Counted from the stretch's first letter, positions 16,174-25,455 are shown. The stretch: DNA of 61,516 nucleotides from an uncultured Christensenella sp. (GCA_964534515.1 CAZHPW010000001.1:1-61516); one strand, 5' to 3'. Notes: generated by a model from the letters alone, not told the origin. Made by a program: numbers and translations.

Positions 16174-16701
16174 TTATTTGGGCAGTTTAACCGTGACGAT
16201 GTCCGGCGGCGCGCCGGTCAAATCCACAAACTTGCCCACATGAATCTCAACCGGGGACTCATTCACCAGATAAAAACCCTTGGAGACCTCAATGGATTGG
16301 CCTTGTTGAACCTCTGTCGCCAGGTTGTAGAAGGAGGGGTGCTCATAAAACAGCGCCGGGACCAGCTCCTGGCCGTCCTGGTAAACGGTGAAACGCGCGG
16401 CGAATACCGAGCTCACGGCCTCCTCTGCATTATGGGAGAAGTCATATTTGATGACCAGCACCCGTTTGTCCCCGTCCTTTAAGACTTCCACCCCGGTCAG
16501 GGCGATGTTCATGTCCTCATAGGTGACAAACAGCAGGTAGTCCCCGCCGGCCTTTGCGCGGGCTTGCTGTTCCTCCGCGACGGCCTCGCCCAGGCGCGAT
16601 AATTCCTCATCGCTTAATTTGCTCAAATCCACATCCACGGCAAAGGCCAGGACGGGCAAAGCCAAAGCCAGCGTCAAAACCAGGGCCAGCACTCTTTTCA
16701 T
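16174..16701 (-). CDS. Secreted hypothetical protein (DUF4352/DUF5067-like beta-sandwich?)
   Basis: ORF trimmed to ATG 16701 (GGAGG 8 nt upstream). Signal peptide MKRVLALVLTLALALPVLAFA. No catalytic motif recognised. Confidence 0.65.
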   Translation of the reverse strand: MKRVLALVLTLALALPVLAFAVDVDLSKLSDEELSRLGEAVAEEQQARAKAGGDYLLFVTYEDMNIALTGVEVLKDGDKRVLVIKYDFSHNAEEAVSSVFAARFTVYQDGQELVPALFYEHPSFYNLATEVQQGQSIEVSKGFYLVNESPVEIHVGKFVDLTGAPPDIVTVKLPK

Positions 16702-16789
16702 TCCGCAGTCCTCCGTCAAAAATCACCTGATAAACATATACACGGGCAAGCCAGGCGCGAAACAGCGCCGGGGGCTTTACAAACCCGGG

Positions 16790-18448
16790 TTAATCTCCGC
16801 TTTTAACCTGCCTTAAGGCCTTCATCAGGTCATCCTCCCGCCCAAAGCGCTCATGCAGGCGCTCATACAGGGCGTAGAGCCGGTCATAAGCCGCCCGGTG
16901 CGCGGGGTTTGGCGCCACGGTCTCCGCCTTTAATTGGCCCATGTGCTCCGCGGCCTCAATGATGCTGTCATAGCCGCCCCCGGACTTACCGGCCGCGGCC
17001 GCCCCAAACATCGCGCTGCCAAGCGCCGGACCCTGGGCGGAGGCGGACAGGGACAGCGGCATGCCCAGGACATCGGCGTAGACCTGCAGAATAAAGGGGG
17101 ATTTCTCAGCGATGCCCCCGGCCATGACCAGGCGCTCCACCGGCACGCCGTGCGCGCGGTAGTTCTCAATGATTTTGCGGGTGCCAAAGGCAGTGGCTTC
17201 CACTAAGGCGCGGTAGATGTCTTCAGCCCTGGTTTGAAGCGTCATGCCAACAATAAGGCCGGACAACTCCGGGTCCACCAGGATGGAGCGGTTGCCGTTG
17301 AGCCAGTCCAGCGCGATGAGGCCGTGCTCCCCCGGCTGCTGCTTTTGGGCAAGGGCCTGCAGATGCGTGTGGACTCTGACACCCTGCTTGTTGGCCTCCT
17401 CATAATAGGACGCCGGCACCAGGTTTCTCACAAACCAGTCAAAACCGTCACCCACGCAGGATTGGCCGGCTTCCAGACCATAGAAACCGGGCAAAATACC
17501 GTCTTTCACACTGCCGCAGATGCCGGGCACGGCCGCCTGTTGGTCGCTTAGCATCAGGTGACCGGTGGAGGTGCCCAGAATCATCAGCATCGCGCCAGGC
17601 GCATTGATTTTGACCGCGGGCAGGCAGACATGGGCGTCAATATTGGCCGCGGCCACCGCGATACCCGGAAACAGGCCCAGTTTATCGGCATAAGCCGCGC
17701 TCAAACCGCCCACACGCTCGCCCTGTCCAAAGACCGGGGAGGATAACTTGTCCCCGACCACGTTTTTAAGCCGCGGGTCACAGGCGGCGAAAAAGGCCTT
17801 GTCCGGGAAGCCGGTTCCCTGCTGATAAAAGGCCTTATAGCCCGCCATACTGGCGTTCTGGCAGAAGACCCCGGTCAGATGGTGCACCAGCCAGTCCCCG
17901 GCCTCCATGAAATGCGCCATACCCTCGTAGACAGCGCCTGCCTTGTCCAGGGTTTCCCAGAGTTTGGGAAAAAGCCACTCGGAGGACACCTTGCCGCCGT
18001 AGGCATGAAGCCAGGCTACGCCCCGATTTCTGGCGGCCTCCTCCATCCTTTGGGCATAAGGCGCCGCCGCGTGGTGCTTCCACAGCTTGACATAGGCGTG
18101 CGGCTCATCACAAAACCGCGGCTGAAAGCACAAGGGTACGCCATCCTCATCCACCGGCAGAACGGTGCTGCTGGTGAAGTCCAGGCCAATGGCGATGATG
18201 TCTTCCTTTCTGACCCCGGACAGGCGGATGGCCTCCGGCACGATGGTTTCCAGCACCACAAGGTAATCCATCGGATGCTGAAGGGCATAATCCGGCGGCA
18301 AAACACGGCCATTTGGCAAAGCCCGGTCCATCACGCCATGGGGGTAGTCCATCGCTGAAACGGACAATTCCCGCCCTGTCTTTGTTTCCACCACAATGGC
18401 GCGCCCGGACAGGGTGCCAAAATCAAGGCCCAGCACTGCTTTTGACAT
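16790..18448 (-). CDS. araB: Ribulokinase (FGGY family)
   Basis: 552 aa. The N-terminus LGLDFGTLSGRAIVVETKTGRELS...LPPDYALQHPMDYL closely parallels Bacillus-type AraB as I recall it. Confidence 0.9.
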   Translation of the reverse strand: MSKAVLGLDFGTLSGRAIVVETKTGRELSVSAMDYPHGVMDRALPNGRVLPPDYALQHPMDYLVVLETIVPEAIRLSGVRKEDIIAIGLDFTSSTVLPVDEDGVPLCFQPRFCDEPHAYVKLWKHHAAAPYAQRMEEAARNRGVAWLHAYGGKVSSEWLFPKLWETLDKAGAVYEGMAHFMEAGDWLVHHLTGVFCQNASMAGYKAFYQQGTGFPDKAFFAACDPRLKNVVGDKLSSPVFGQGERVGGLSAAYADKLGLFPGIAVAAANIDAHVCLPAVKINAPGAMLMILGTSTGHLMLSDQQAAVPGICGSVKDGILPGFYGLEAGQSCVGDGFDWFVRNLVPASYYEEANKQGVRVHTHLQALAQKQQPGEHGLIALDWLNGNRSILVDPELSGLIVGMTLQTRAEDIYRALVEATAFGTRKIIENYRAHGVPVERLVMAGGIAEKSPFILQVYADVLGMPLSLSASAQGPALGSAMFGAAAAGKSGGGYDSIIEAAEHMGQLKAETVAPNPAHRAAYDRLYALYERLHERFGREDDLMKALRQVKSGD

Positions 18449-18493
18449 GTTTTCACCTCAGCCGCCCGAAGAAGGGGCAGGTTCTTTAGTCCG

Positions 18494-18502
18494 ATTATAG
18501 CA
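18494..18502 (-). promoter_or_regulatory. Extended -10 box (TGCTATAAT) upstream of araB
   Basis: The minus strand reads CATGCTATAATCGG about 45 nt upstream of the araB ATG. No good -35. Confidence 0.4.
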
Positions 18503-18534
18503 TGCTTTTCCCCGGCCCATGGCGCAAATCTTCA

Positions 18535-18563
18535 TTGACAGCCCGGGATTCAGCCTTTACAGT
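18535..18563 (+). promoter_or_regulatory. Candidate promoter of the YARHG-domain gene
   Basis: TTGACA (18535-18540), 17-nt spacer, TACAGT (18558-18563). Confidence 0.5.
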
Positions 18564-18598
18564 AAAAGGCAGAACAAGTTCAAAAGGAGGGAAAGCGC

Positions 18599-19495
18599 AT
18601 GCGAACAATGAAGCGGTGTATCCTCATACTCTTGGTCATCGCCCTGCTGCCCCTGAGCGCCCTGGCAGCCAACAGCTACATCTTCCCGGATTCCAACCGG
18701 AAACGGCTGACGGAAGCCCAGGTCTGGGCCTGGCAGTATGACGCGCTGGGCTACGCTTTTAACGAACTGTTTGCCCGCTATGGGCGGCCGTTTAAGCCGG
18801 GGGAGAAATACGACAACTATTTCCAGTGCCAGACCTGGTACAAGGTGGACCCCAACTACCCGGGGGATGGCCCGGTACTGTCCAACCTGGAATGGGATAA
18901 CTACACGCTGATTAAGGATGTGCGCGCGCAGATGCGCGCCATGGGCACCACCAACCCCACCGGCAAGCCCCTGCCCCGGGTGTCAGATGACAGGATTTCA
19001 AGCCCCCTGCCCGGTTTTGAGGAAGTCTATTTTAAACCCAAGCAGATGCTCAAGGTCTATGACGGGCCGGGAGACTATTACCGCCGCGGCGCCAACGGCA
19101 AGGCGGTCATGTCCACCAACGGGCGCTGCTACGCCGCGGGCTGGGAGAGCGGCTACCTAATGGTGATGTACGAGGTGAATACCGGCGGCGTGCGCGTAGG
19201 CTTTACCTCCTCCCAGGGCTTTAAGGACAAGGTGGACCTGCCGGCCCTGAACTTCGCCTACACGCCCACCACCGTGGCGTCAAGGGGACAGGTGACCGAG
19301 GACCCGGTGCGTGCGCTGACGCCCATCGCCACCCTAAACCCCGGCGACAGCGTGACCTGGCTGACCCGCTACTACCACCGCAATATGAACTGGGACTACA
19401 TTGAGTTCACCTCAAACGGCCAAATGATGCGCGGCTTTGTGCAGGAAGGCGTCCTCACCCCCATCTTTGAGGACGACGCCGATATTGAGCGATAA
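18599..19495 (+). CDS. Secreted YARHG-domain protein
   Basis: 298 aa. Signal peptide CILILLVIALLPLSALAA and YARHG-type motif AFNELFARYGRPFKPGEKYDNYF. The C-terminal half is SH3-like/unknown. Confidence 0.8.
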   Translation: MRTMKRCILILLVIALLPLSALAANSYIFPDSNRKRLTEAQVWAWQYDALGYAFNELFARYGRPFKPGEKYDNYFQCQTWYKVDPNYPGDGPVLSNLEWDNYTLIKDVRAQMRAMGTTNPTGKPLPRVSDDRISSPLPGFEEVYFKPKQMLKVYDGPGDYYRRGANGKAVMSTNGRCYAAGWESGYLMVMYEVNTGGVRVGFTSSQGFKDKVDLPALNFAYTPTTVASRGQVTEDPVRALTPIATLNPGDSVTWLTRYYHRNMNWDYIEFTSNGQMMRGFVQEGVLTPIFEDDADIER

Positions 19496-19520
19496 AACAT
19501 AATTTAGATATGATATGGAA

Positions 19521-19547
19521 AGAGGGGACGGCTGAGCCGTCCCCTCT
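19521..19547. terminator. Bidirectional terminator between the convergent YARHG gene and tkt
   Basis: Perfect 12-bp stem AGAGGGGACGGC/GCCGTCCCCTCT with a 3-nt loop, and A/T-rich flanks on both sides. Confidence 0.75.
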
Positions 19548-19569
19548 AATTTGTTTCAAGTATGATGTT

Positions 19570-21543
19570 TTACTTCAGTTCCTCCGCCAGTTTTACCACG
19601 TTCTCCGCGGTAAAGCCGTAGGCGGCAAACAGTTTCTCAGCCGGGGCGGAAGCGCCGAAGTGGTCAATGCCCAGCACCTGGCCGTCCAGTCCCGTAAAGC
19701 GGTACCAGGGCATGGTGGCGCCGGCTTCCACCGCCACGCGGCGGCGCACGGAGAGGGGCAGCACTGCGTTTTGCTTTTCAGCGCTTTGCGCCAGGAAATC
19801 TTCCATACAGGGCATGGATACCACCGAGGCGTCAATCCCCTTGGCCTTCAAGGCTTCCTGCGCGTCCGCCAGCAGGGCGACCTCGCTGCCTGAGCCCATC
19901 AAAATCACATCCGGCGTGGCCTTTTGGGCGGGCAGCAGCACATAGCCGCCCAAGTGGCCCTGTCCGGCCGTTTCCTTGAACTGGCGCAGGTTTTGCCGGG
20001 TCAGCACCAGAACGCTGGGGCCATGCGCGCACAGCGCGGTCAGCCAGGCGTCGGCGGTCTCGTTCATGTCACAGGGGCGGATGACGCGGATGCCGGGGGT
20101 GGCCCGAAGCGCCGCCAGATGCTCAATGGGCTGGTGGGTAGCGCCGTCCTCGCCAACGCCGATGGAGTCGTGGGTCAATACGTAGGTGACCGGCAGCTCC
20201 ATAATGGCCGACAGGCGCATCGCGGCCTTCATGTAATCAGAGAAGACAAAGAAGGTGGCGCAGTAGACCCGAAGCCCGCCGTGCAGGGCGATGCCGTTGC
20301 AGATGGCCGCCATCGCGTGCTCGCGCACGCCAAAGCGCAGGTTGCGGCCCAGGCGGTTTTCGGCGCTGAAGTCGCCGCCGCCGTCGATGTAGGACTTGTT
20401 GGAAGGCGCCAGGTCAGCAGAGCCGCCGACCAGGTTGGGCACCTGTTTGGCCAGTTTGTTGAGCATTTCGCCGGAGCTCGCGCGGGTGGCCTCGGCCTTT
20501 TCCTTGTTGGGCATCAGGCCTTCGGCCTTTGCCAGTTCCTCACGGCTCAAGGGGCTGTGCCAGGCCTGCCAGGCCTGCGCCAGTTCCGGATATTCTTTTT
20601 GATAGCGGGCGAACATGTCCTCCCACTCCTTGTGGGCCTTGCGTCCTTCCTCCATCAATTGGGCTGTGTGCTCATACACGTCCTGGGCCACCTCAAAGGC
20701 CTCGCCGGTGATGCCCAGCGCCTTTTTGGCCTCCGCCAGGTTGTCATTGCCCAAGGGCTCGCCATGCGCGCTGGCCTTGCCCTGCTTGGCGGCGCTGCCG
20801 TAACCGATGATGGTGGGGCAGACAATCAGCGTGGGGGCCGTGGCGCCCTTGGCCTTCTCCAGCGCCGCCAGCACCTGGTCAGCGTCATTGCCGTTTTGAA
20901 CCTTGATGACGTTCCAGCCATAGGCCTCAAAGCGCTTGGGCACGTCCTCGCGGAAGGCCAGGTTGGTATCGCCCTCAATGGAAATCTCGTTATCGTCATA
21001 GAGCACCACCAGTTTGTTCAGCTTCAGCGTGCCGGCCAGGGAGGCGGCTTCGGAACTGATGCCTTCCATCATGCAGCCGTCCCCGGCAAACACGAAGGTG
21101 CGGTGGTCCACCACAGGGTAGTTGGGGCGGTTAAAATGGGCGGCCAGCATGGATTCCGCAATCGCGAAACCCACGGCGTTTGAGATGCCCTGGCCCAGGG
21201 GGCCGGTGGTGGTGTCCACCCCGGGGGTGAGGCCGTGCTCCGGATGGCCGGGGGTTTTGGACTGCCACTGGCGGAACTGCTGAAGCTGCGCCATGGGCAG
21301 GTCATAGCCGCCCAGGTGAACCAGGGAGTACAGCAGGGCGCTGGCGTGGCCGTTTGACAGCACAAAGCGGTCGCGGTTTGCCCAGTTGGGGGCTGCGGGG
21401 TCATGGCGCATGGTCTTCAGCCACACCGCGTAGGCCATGGCAGCCATGCCCATGGGCGCGCCGGGATGGCCGCTGTTGGCCTTCTGCACCATTTCTGCTG
21501 AGAGAACGCTCAGGGTGTTGATGGTTTTCTGCTGGATGCCCAT
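19570..21543 (-). CDS. tkt: Transketolase
   Basis: 657 aa. N-terminal SGHPGAPMGMA, THDSIGVGEDGATHQP and other canonical TPP/transketolase blocks. Confidence 0.95.
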   Translation of the reverse strand: MGIQQKTINTLSVLSAEMVQKANSGHPGAPMGMAAMAYAVWLKTMRHDPAAPNWANRDRFVLSNGHASALLYSLVHLGGYDLPMAQLQQFRQWQSKTPGHPEHGLTPGVDTTTGPLGQGISNAVGFAIAESMLAAHFNRPNYPVVDHRTFVFAGDGCMMEGISSEAASLAGTLKLNKLVVLYDDNEISIEGDTNLAFREDVPKRFEAYGWNVIKVQNGNDADQVLAALEKAKGATAPTLIVCPTIIGYGSAAKQGKASAHGEPLGNDNLAEAKKALGITGEAFEVAQDVYEHTAQLMEEGRKAHKEWEDMFARYQKEYPELAQAWQAWHSPLSREELAKAEGLMPNKEKAEATRASSGEMLNKLAKQVPNLVGGSADLAPSNKSYIDGGGDFSAENRLGRNLRFGVREHAMAAICNGIALHGGLRVYCATFFVFSDYMKAAMRLSAIMELPVTYVLTHDSIGVGEDGATHQPIEHLAALRATPGIRVIRPCDMNETADAWLTALCAHGPSVLVLTRQNLRQFKETAGQGHLGGYVLLPAQKATPDVILMGSGSEVALLADAQEALKAKGIDASVVSMPCMEDFLAQSAEKQNAVLPLSVRRRVAVEAGATMPWYRFTGLDGQVLGIDHFGASAPAEKLFAAYGFTAENVVKLAEELK

Positions 21544-21610
21544 GTTTTATTCTCCTTATCCTTGTTTGAGGCACTCAAAAACGGCGGCACCTCTCACTTT
21601 ATTCAGGACA

Positions 21611-21619
21611 ATTATAGCA
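21611..21619 (-). promoter_or_regulatory. Extended -10 box (TGCTATAAT) upstream of tkt
   Basis: The minus strand reads AGTATGCTATAATTG about 65 nt upstream of the tkt ATG. It is the same ATGCTATAAT core as upstream of araB. Confidence 0.4.
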
Positions 21620-21648
21620 TACTATGCCATGAAACGGAGAAAGGCATG

Positions 21649-21685
21649 AAAAAAAGGCCGCCGCGCAACGCGGCAGCCTTTTTTA
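21649..21685 (-). terminator. Rho-independent terminator separating the FMN/rhodanese gene from the tkt promoter
   Basis: 12-bp stem AAGGCCGCCGCG/CGCGGCAGCCTT (one G-U on the minus strand). Flanked by 7 A upstream and 6 T downstream, so it could act in both directions. Confidence 0.7.
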
Positions 21686-21715
21686 TAGTAAAGAGCACTT
21701 TTTGGGGAGGTATCG

Positions 21716-21882
21716 GAGGGCAAAGCCCTCTGATGCTCATCCTGCCCGGCGACATGCGCGGCGGGCAGGGTTTGGGCATCAGCCCAAACATTCCGCGAAT
21801 TTCTGCCGGCCGTCAGCGCATGCTGACAGGCAGAAATTCCCGTTCCTCCAAAATCAAAGAAGTGTCCGAAGACACTTCTTTG
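21716..21882 (-). other. String of five unrelated stem-loops in the 3' flank of the FMN/rhodanese gene
   Basis: GAGGGC/GCCCTC (21716-21730). CTGCCCG/CGGGCAG (21742-21768). GTTTGGGC/GCCCAAAC (21770-21789). GAATTTCTGCC...GGCAGAAATTC with inner GTCAGC/GCTGAC (21797-21839). CAAAGAAGTGTC/GACACTTCTTTG (21855-21882), 6 nt after the stop codon. Confidence 0.5.
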
Positions 21883-21888
21883 ACTAAT

Positions 21889-23226
21889 TTACGGCGCGAT
21901 GCGGGTCAGACCTTCCATGGTGTACACGGGGGTCAGAATCATCTCGGGCGTATCCACGATCAGGTCGCGGTATTCATTGCCGCCGTACTGCGCCATGCCG
22001 CCGATGTTGTAAACCTTGGACATGTCCCAGCCGCGGGCGGAGAGGATGTTCATCAGCATGCCCACACGGCCGCCGGACTGGCACATGATGAAGAGGGTCT
22101 TGTCCTTGGGGAAGAGGGCTTCCAGGAGGTCATCGCTCTCCTCATACACAGGAACGGGCTCAGTGGGGGTGCCGCCGTAGAGCTGGGGCAGGGTGGCGTC
22201 GGTGTGCGCGTTGGCGTTGAAGATGAGGCCAAAGAAGGGGATGACCTCAAAATTGCGCAGGTGCTTTTTCATGTAGTCGTTGTGGTCGCGGGTATCGATG
22301 TAGTAGACATCGGAGCGGTTGAGGTACTCCCTGAGGTTTTCGGAGTTGATGGCCGAGCAGGTGGGGCCAAAGTCACCGGGGGTGCAGGGCACTTCTTCCT
22401 TGTCGTCCTTGTTCTTTAAGAAGGTCTTGGTCTCGTCCACGGGTGCGGGCAGGGGCGCCAGCTCGGCGGTCGCTGTGACAGCGGCGGTTTCTTCTTTGGC
22501 CTCAGTCACGGCTTCTTCCGCGGCCGGGGCTTCCGCCTTCACCAGGGAGGGATCATTGGCGAAGAACTCATCGGTGCCATGGAACTCAAAGATGGCCTGC
22601 AGGATGCGAAGCACGTTGTTGGTGGACACGGTGGCGCCTGTCCAGGCGTCCAGGGTCAAGTCCGCGCGGCCTTCGCCCGCGGCATAGTCTTCGGCCTTGA
22701 TGTCGGCGATGGTGGACAGGGTCTTCAGTTCGCCATAGGTCTTGCCCTGATAATAGGGCAGGTACTGGTCGCGAATCATTTCATAGGTCTGCCCGCCGGT
22801 GGGGATGGGGTTGGAATCGCCCCAGAAGCCGGCCTGGTATTTGCCGGTGCCGTCTTTTTCATAGCTCAGGGTGCGGATGGCCGCGTCGTCCAGCAGGCCG
22901 CTGTCGGGCAGGGTCAAATCCACATACACCGTGCTCCAGTAGTTCACATCGGCGCTGCGGCAGGTGCAGGAAATATAGGACACCTGGTATTTGATGTAGC
23001 CGCGGGCCTGGTACTTGAAGTTGACAAAGGCGTAGAAGAGGTCTTCTTCCTGGGGGCCGTCAATGTGGTTAAAGGGGATGACGGCCACCGGGTTGGCCTT
23101 GGTGTTGGGGCCCAGTTTGGCGGAGTTGTTGAGGAAGTCATTCACCTCGGGCACGGTCGTGGCCAGGGCGCCTGTCATCAGGGACAGGACCAGGACGAGG
23201 ACAAGGGCTGAGAGAAACTTGCGCAT
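21889..23226 (-). CDS. Exported fusion protein: FMN-binding-type (flavinylation motif) domain + rhodanese domain
   Basis: ORF trimmed to ATG 23226 (AGGAGG upstream); 445 aa. Signal peptide MRKFLSALVLVLVLSLMTGALA. LTLDAWTGATVSTNNV matches the Dxx(S/T)GAT motif of FMN_bind domains. An Ala/Glu/Pro linker follows. The C-terminal rhodanese fold has the active-site loop FIMCQSGGRVG. Confidence 0.75.
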   Translation of the reverse strand: MRKFLSALVLVLVLSLMTGALATTVPEVNDFLNNSAKLGPNTKANPVAVIPFNHIDGPQEEDLFYAFVNFKYQARGYIKYQVSYISCTCRSADVNYWSTVYVDLTLPDSGLLDDAAIRTLSYEKDGTGKYQAGFWGDSNPIPTGGQTYEMIRDQYLPYYQGKTYGELKTLSTIADIKAEDYAAGEGRADLTLDAWTGATVSTNNVLRILQAIFEFHGTDEFFANDPSLVKAEAPAAEEAVTEAKEETAAVTATAELAPLPAPVDETKTFLKNKDDKEEVPCTPGDFGPTCSAINSENLREYLNRSDVYYIDTRDHNDYMKKHLRNFEVIPFFGLIFNANAHTDATLPQLYGGTPTEPVPVYEESDDLLEALFPKDKTLFIMCQSGGRVGMLMNILSARGWDMSKVYNIGGMAQYGGNEYRDLIVDTPEMILTPVYTMEGLTRIAP

Positions 23227-23272
23227 GCTACCTCCTAAGACGGTTTTATAGTTTGGTTGCTTATCCTCAGCC

Positions 23273-23301
23273 ACTATAAACTTTTCCGCGCGCCAAGTCA
23301 A
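23273..23301 (-). promoter_or_regulatory. Candidate own promoter of the FMN/rhodanese gene
   Basis: Minus strand TTGACT (23301-23296), 17-nt spacer, TATAGT (23278-23273), about 45 nt upstream of the ATG. Confidence 0.55.
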
Positions 23302-23358
23302 ATTACAGACAAGTCCATCAGGTATTGAGCAAACAGGCAAAAAACATAACCTTATCGC

Positions 23359-24681
23359 TCACACCGGCAGCAGGATGTTGACCCGGAAGGTGTTGTCCTC
23401 ATGGGAGATGTCCATGACGCCGTCGTACTTGTCCACGATGGATTCCACGTTGGACAGCCCGATGCCGCTGTGCGCGACATTGGTTTTTACACTCTTGTAG
23501 CGGCGGTTCTCAAAGGCGACCTTGCCGTCATAGACGTTTGAGATATCAATGGACAGGAAGCTTTTTTTCATGACCACGTCCAGCTTCATCTGCGCCTCCC
23601 GCTTTAGGCCCGCGGGCGACTCCATCAAGCGCAGGCTGGCTTCCTCGGCATTGATTAAAAGGTTGCTCAGCAGCACGCACAAATCCATGTCCTCAATCTG
23701 GATGTTGGGCGGAATCATTAAATTCAAATCTACCTTGATGCCCTGGGCTTTGATTCGGGGGATTTTCTGGCTCAGGAGGCTGTCCAGAACCGAATTGCCT
23801 GTGGTGAACAACTGGTTGGTCAGCGCCTTTTGCGCCAGCACCTGGTCCAGATAGCGCCTGGCGTCCTCCACCTTGTTTTCCGAAAACAGGAATTGCAGGG
23901 TCATCATGTGCTGGCGGATGTCATGCTTGATGCGCAGGGTTTCCTTTTGCTGGGAGACCAGGTCGGCAAAGCGCTTTTTGTCCTCCTCCAGGAGGCTCTG
24001 GGCCAATTGGTTATGCAGGCGGTTTTCGTGGATGATGCTCATCTTGTCTAAGTGATAAAACAAAATCAGCGTGACCACGGTTAAGCAAACAGCCGAGCCC
24101 CAGTAATAGCTCATGGAGGTGCGGTCGCCCGTCAATTCCAGGCGGAAGAGAATAATCAAACTGACCAGGAAGACCGCAGGGGCGATGGCGAACAGGGTTT
24201 CATACAGCACGTGCTTGTCCCGCCGCCTGAGGTTTTGAAACGCCCTTAAGCCCCAGGTGCCCAAAATTGCCAGCCCGCAGGCAATGGCCTGCACATAGGA
24301 GGGCAGGACGGGGAAGGTGTGGCTGCTTAGGGTGGGTGTGCCGGACAGCTGCAGGCTGAGCGCCAAGGCAAAGGTGCGGCAGGAATAAAACAGAAAGACA
24401 AAGATGTGCGCGGTCAGCGCCTTAAAGGACAGGTCATCCCGGTAAAACACCAGGCTCATGCCAATCGCCAGCAGATAGGTGGGAATGGCGGAGGAGAACA
24501 GCGGGAAATCCAGAAAATAAGTCAGGCACTGGAAGACAAAATAAACGCCCTTGCCCAGAAGGACAAAGGGCTCTTTTTCCGGTCTGCGGTGCAGGAAGGT
24601 ATCAAAGAAAAACCAGAGGATGTAGGTCTCAATCAGCGAGAGAACGCCAAAAGCCAGGGCGCGGATGAGCGGGTTCTCCAT
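23359..24681 (-). CDS. Sensor histidine kinase, AgrC/ComD/VirS-like (GHKL ATPase, polytopic N-terminus)
   Basis: 440 aa. About 6-7 TM helices in the first 200 aa. C-terminal HATPase region (LLSNLLINAEEAS ... HSGIGLSNVESIVDKYDG). 17 nt after the LytTR regulator gene, with an AAGGAG RBS. Confidence 0.85.
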   Translation of the reverse strand: MENPLIRALAFGVLSLIETYILWFFFDTFLHRRPEKEPFVLLGKGVYFVFQCLTYFLDFPLFSSAIPTYLLAIGMSLVFYRDDLSFKALTAHIFVFLFYSCRTFALALSLQLSGTPTLSSHTFPVLPSYVQAIACGLAILGTWGLRAFQNLRRRDKHVLYETLFAIAPAVFLVSLIILFRLELTGDRTSMSYYWGSAVCLTVVTLILFYHLDKMSIIHENRLHNQLAQSLLEEDKKRFADLVSQQKETLRIKHDIRQHMMTLQFLFSENKVEDARRYLDQVLAQKALTNQLFTTGNSVLDSLLSQKIPRIKAQGIKVDLNLMIPPNIQIEDMDLCVLLSNLLINAEEASLRLMESPAGLKREAQMKLDVVMKKSFLSIDISNVYDGKVAFENRRYKSVKTNVAHSGIGLSNVESIVDKYDGVMDISHEDNTFRVNILLPV

Positions 24682-24698
24682 TGAATGTCTCCTTCCCC

Positions 24699-25409
24699 TC
24701 AGTCCTTGGTGGAAAACTGCATCAGCCGGCGCAAGATGTCCTTGTAACGGTGCTTGGACACCGGCAATTCCTCCCCGTTGTCCAGGGTCAGCGTCTGGTG
24801 GGTCAGTTTGGCGACATAGCGCAGATTGACCACAAAGCTCTTGTGGATGCGCTCAAAGCCCTCCTCCGTCAATTCCACCTCAATCTGTGTGAGCGTATAG
24901 GGGAAAGCATATTGCGTATCCGCCGTGACCAGGCGGACCAGTTTCAAATCCGACTCAAAATACAGGATGCTGTCCAGGCGCACGCGAACCGCCTCGCCCT
25001 CATAACTAAAGGTGAAGGCGCGCTCCTCCCTGTTGATGCTCTCCTGCAAAAGTGGGATGGCCGCGGCCATCAGCTCATCGTGGTCAATGGGCTTGAGCAG
25101 GTAGCGCTGGGCGTTGATTTGGTAGCCCTCCACGGCGTATTCGGTTGTGCTGGTAATAATCAAAATGGGCACCAGGGGGTCGTACTCCCTCAAGGCCCTG
25201 GCGGTCGTTATGCCGTTGATGGGCTTCATAATCATGTCCAGCAAAATCAAGTGGAAGCGATGCCCCTGTCTGTGCGCTTCCACCAGGTCCTCCCCATTGT
25301 GGTAGGGGGTGATTTCATATTGAAAGCCCCTGGCCTTCAGGCTGTCCAAATGTTTGATGACAGTCTGAATGGCGACCGGGTCATCATCGCAGACGGCGAT
25401 AAAGCGCAC
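24699..25409 (-). CDS. LytTR-family response regulator
   Basis: REC domain (FIAVCDDD ... LILLDMIM) plus a LytTR DNA-binding domain (RIHKSFVVNLRYV). The track start GTG 25415 overlaps the GGAGG itself, so the in-frame GTG at 25409 (5 nt after GGAGG) is preferred. Confidence 0.9.
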   Translation of the reverse strand: MRFIAVCDDDPVAIQTVIKHLDSLKARGFQYEITPYHNGEDLVEAHRQGHRFHLILLDMIMKPINGITTARALREYDPLVPILIITSTTEYAVEGYQINAQRYLLKPIDHDELMAAAIPLLQESINREERAFTFSYEGEAVRVRLDSILYFESDLKLVRLVTADTQYAFPYTLTQIEVELTEEGFERIHKSFVVNLRYVAKLTHQTLTLDNGEELPVSKHRYKDILRRLMQFSTKD

Positions 25410-25455
25410 AGGCACCTCCTTTGATGGCGTATGGAACCGGTTTATCCGTTTACGT

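Noticed and set aside
21544-21790. 59-codon minus-strand ORF (MFGLMPKPCPPRMSPGRMS...) inside the hairpin-rich spacer
   Set aside because: It has no convincing RBS, reads through the bidirectional terminator and the tkt promoter, and its composition looks like translated palindromes.
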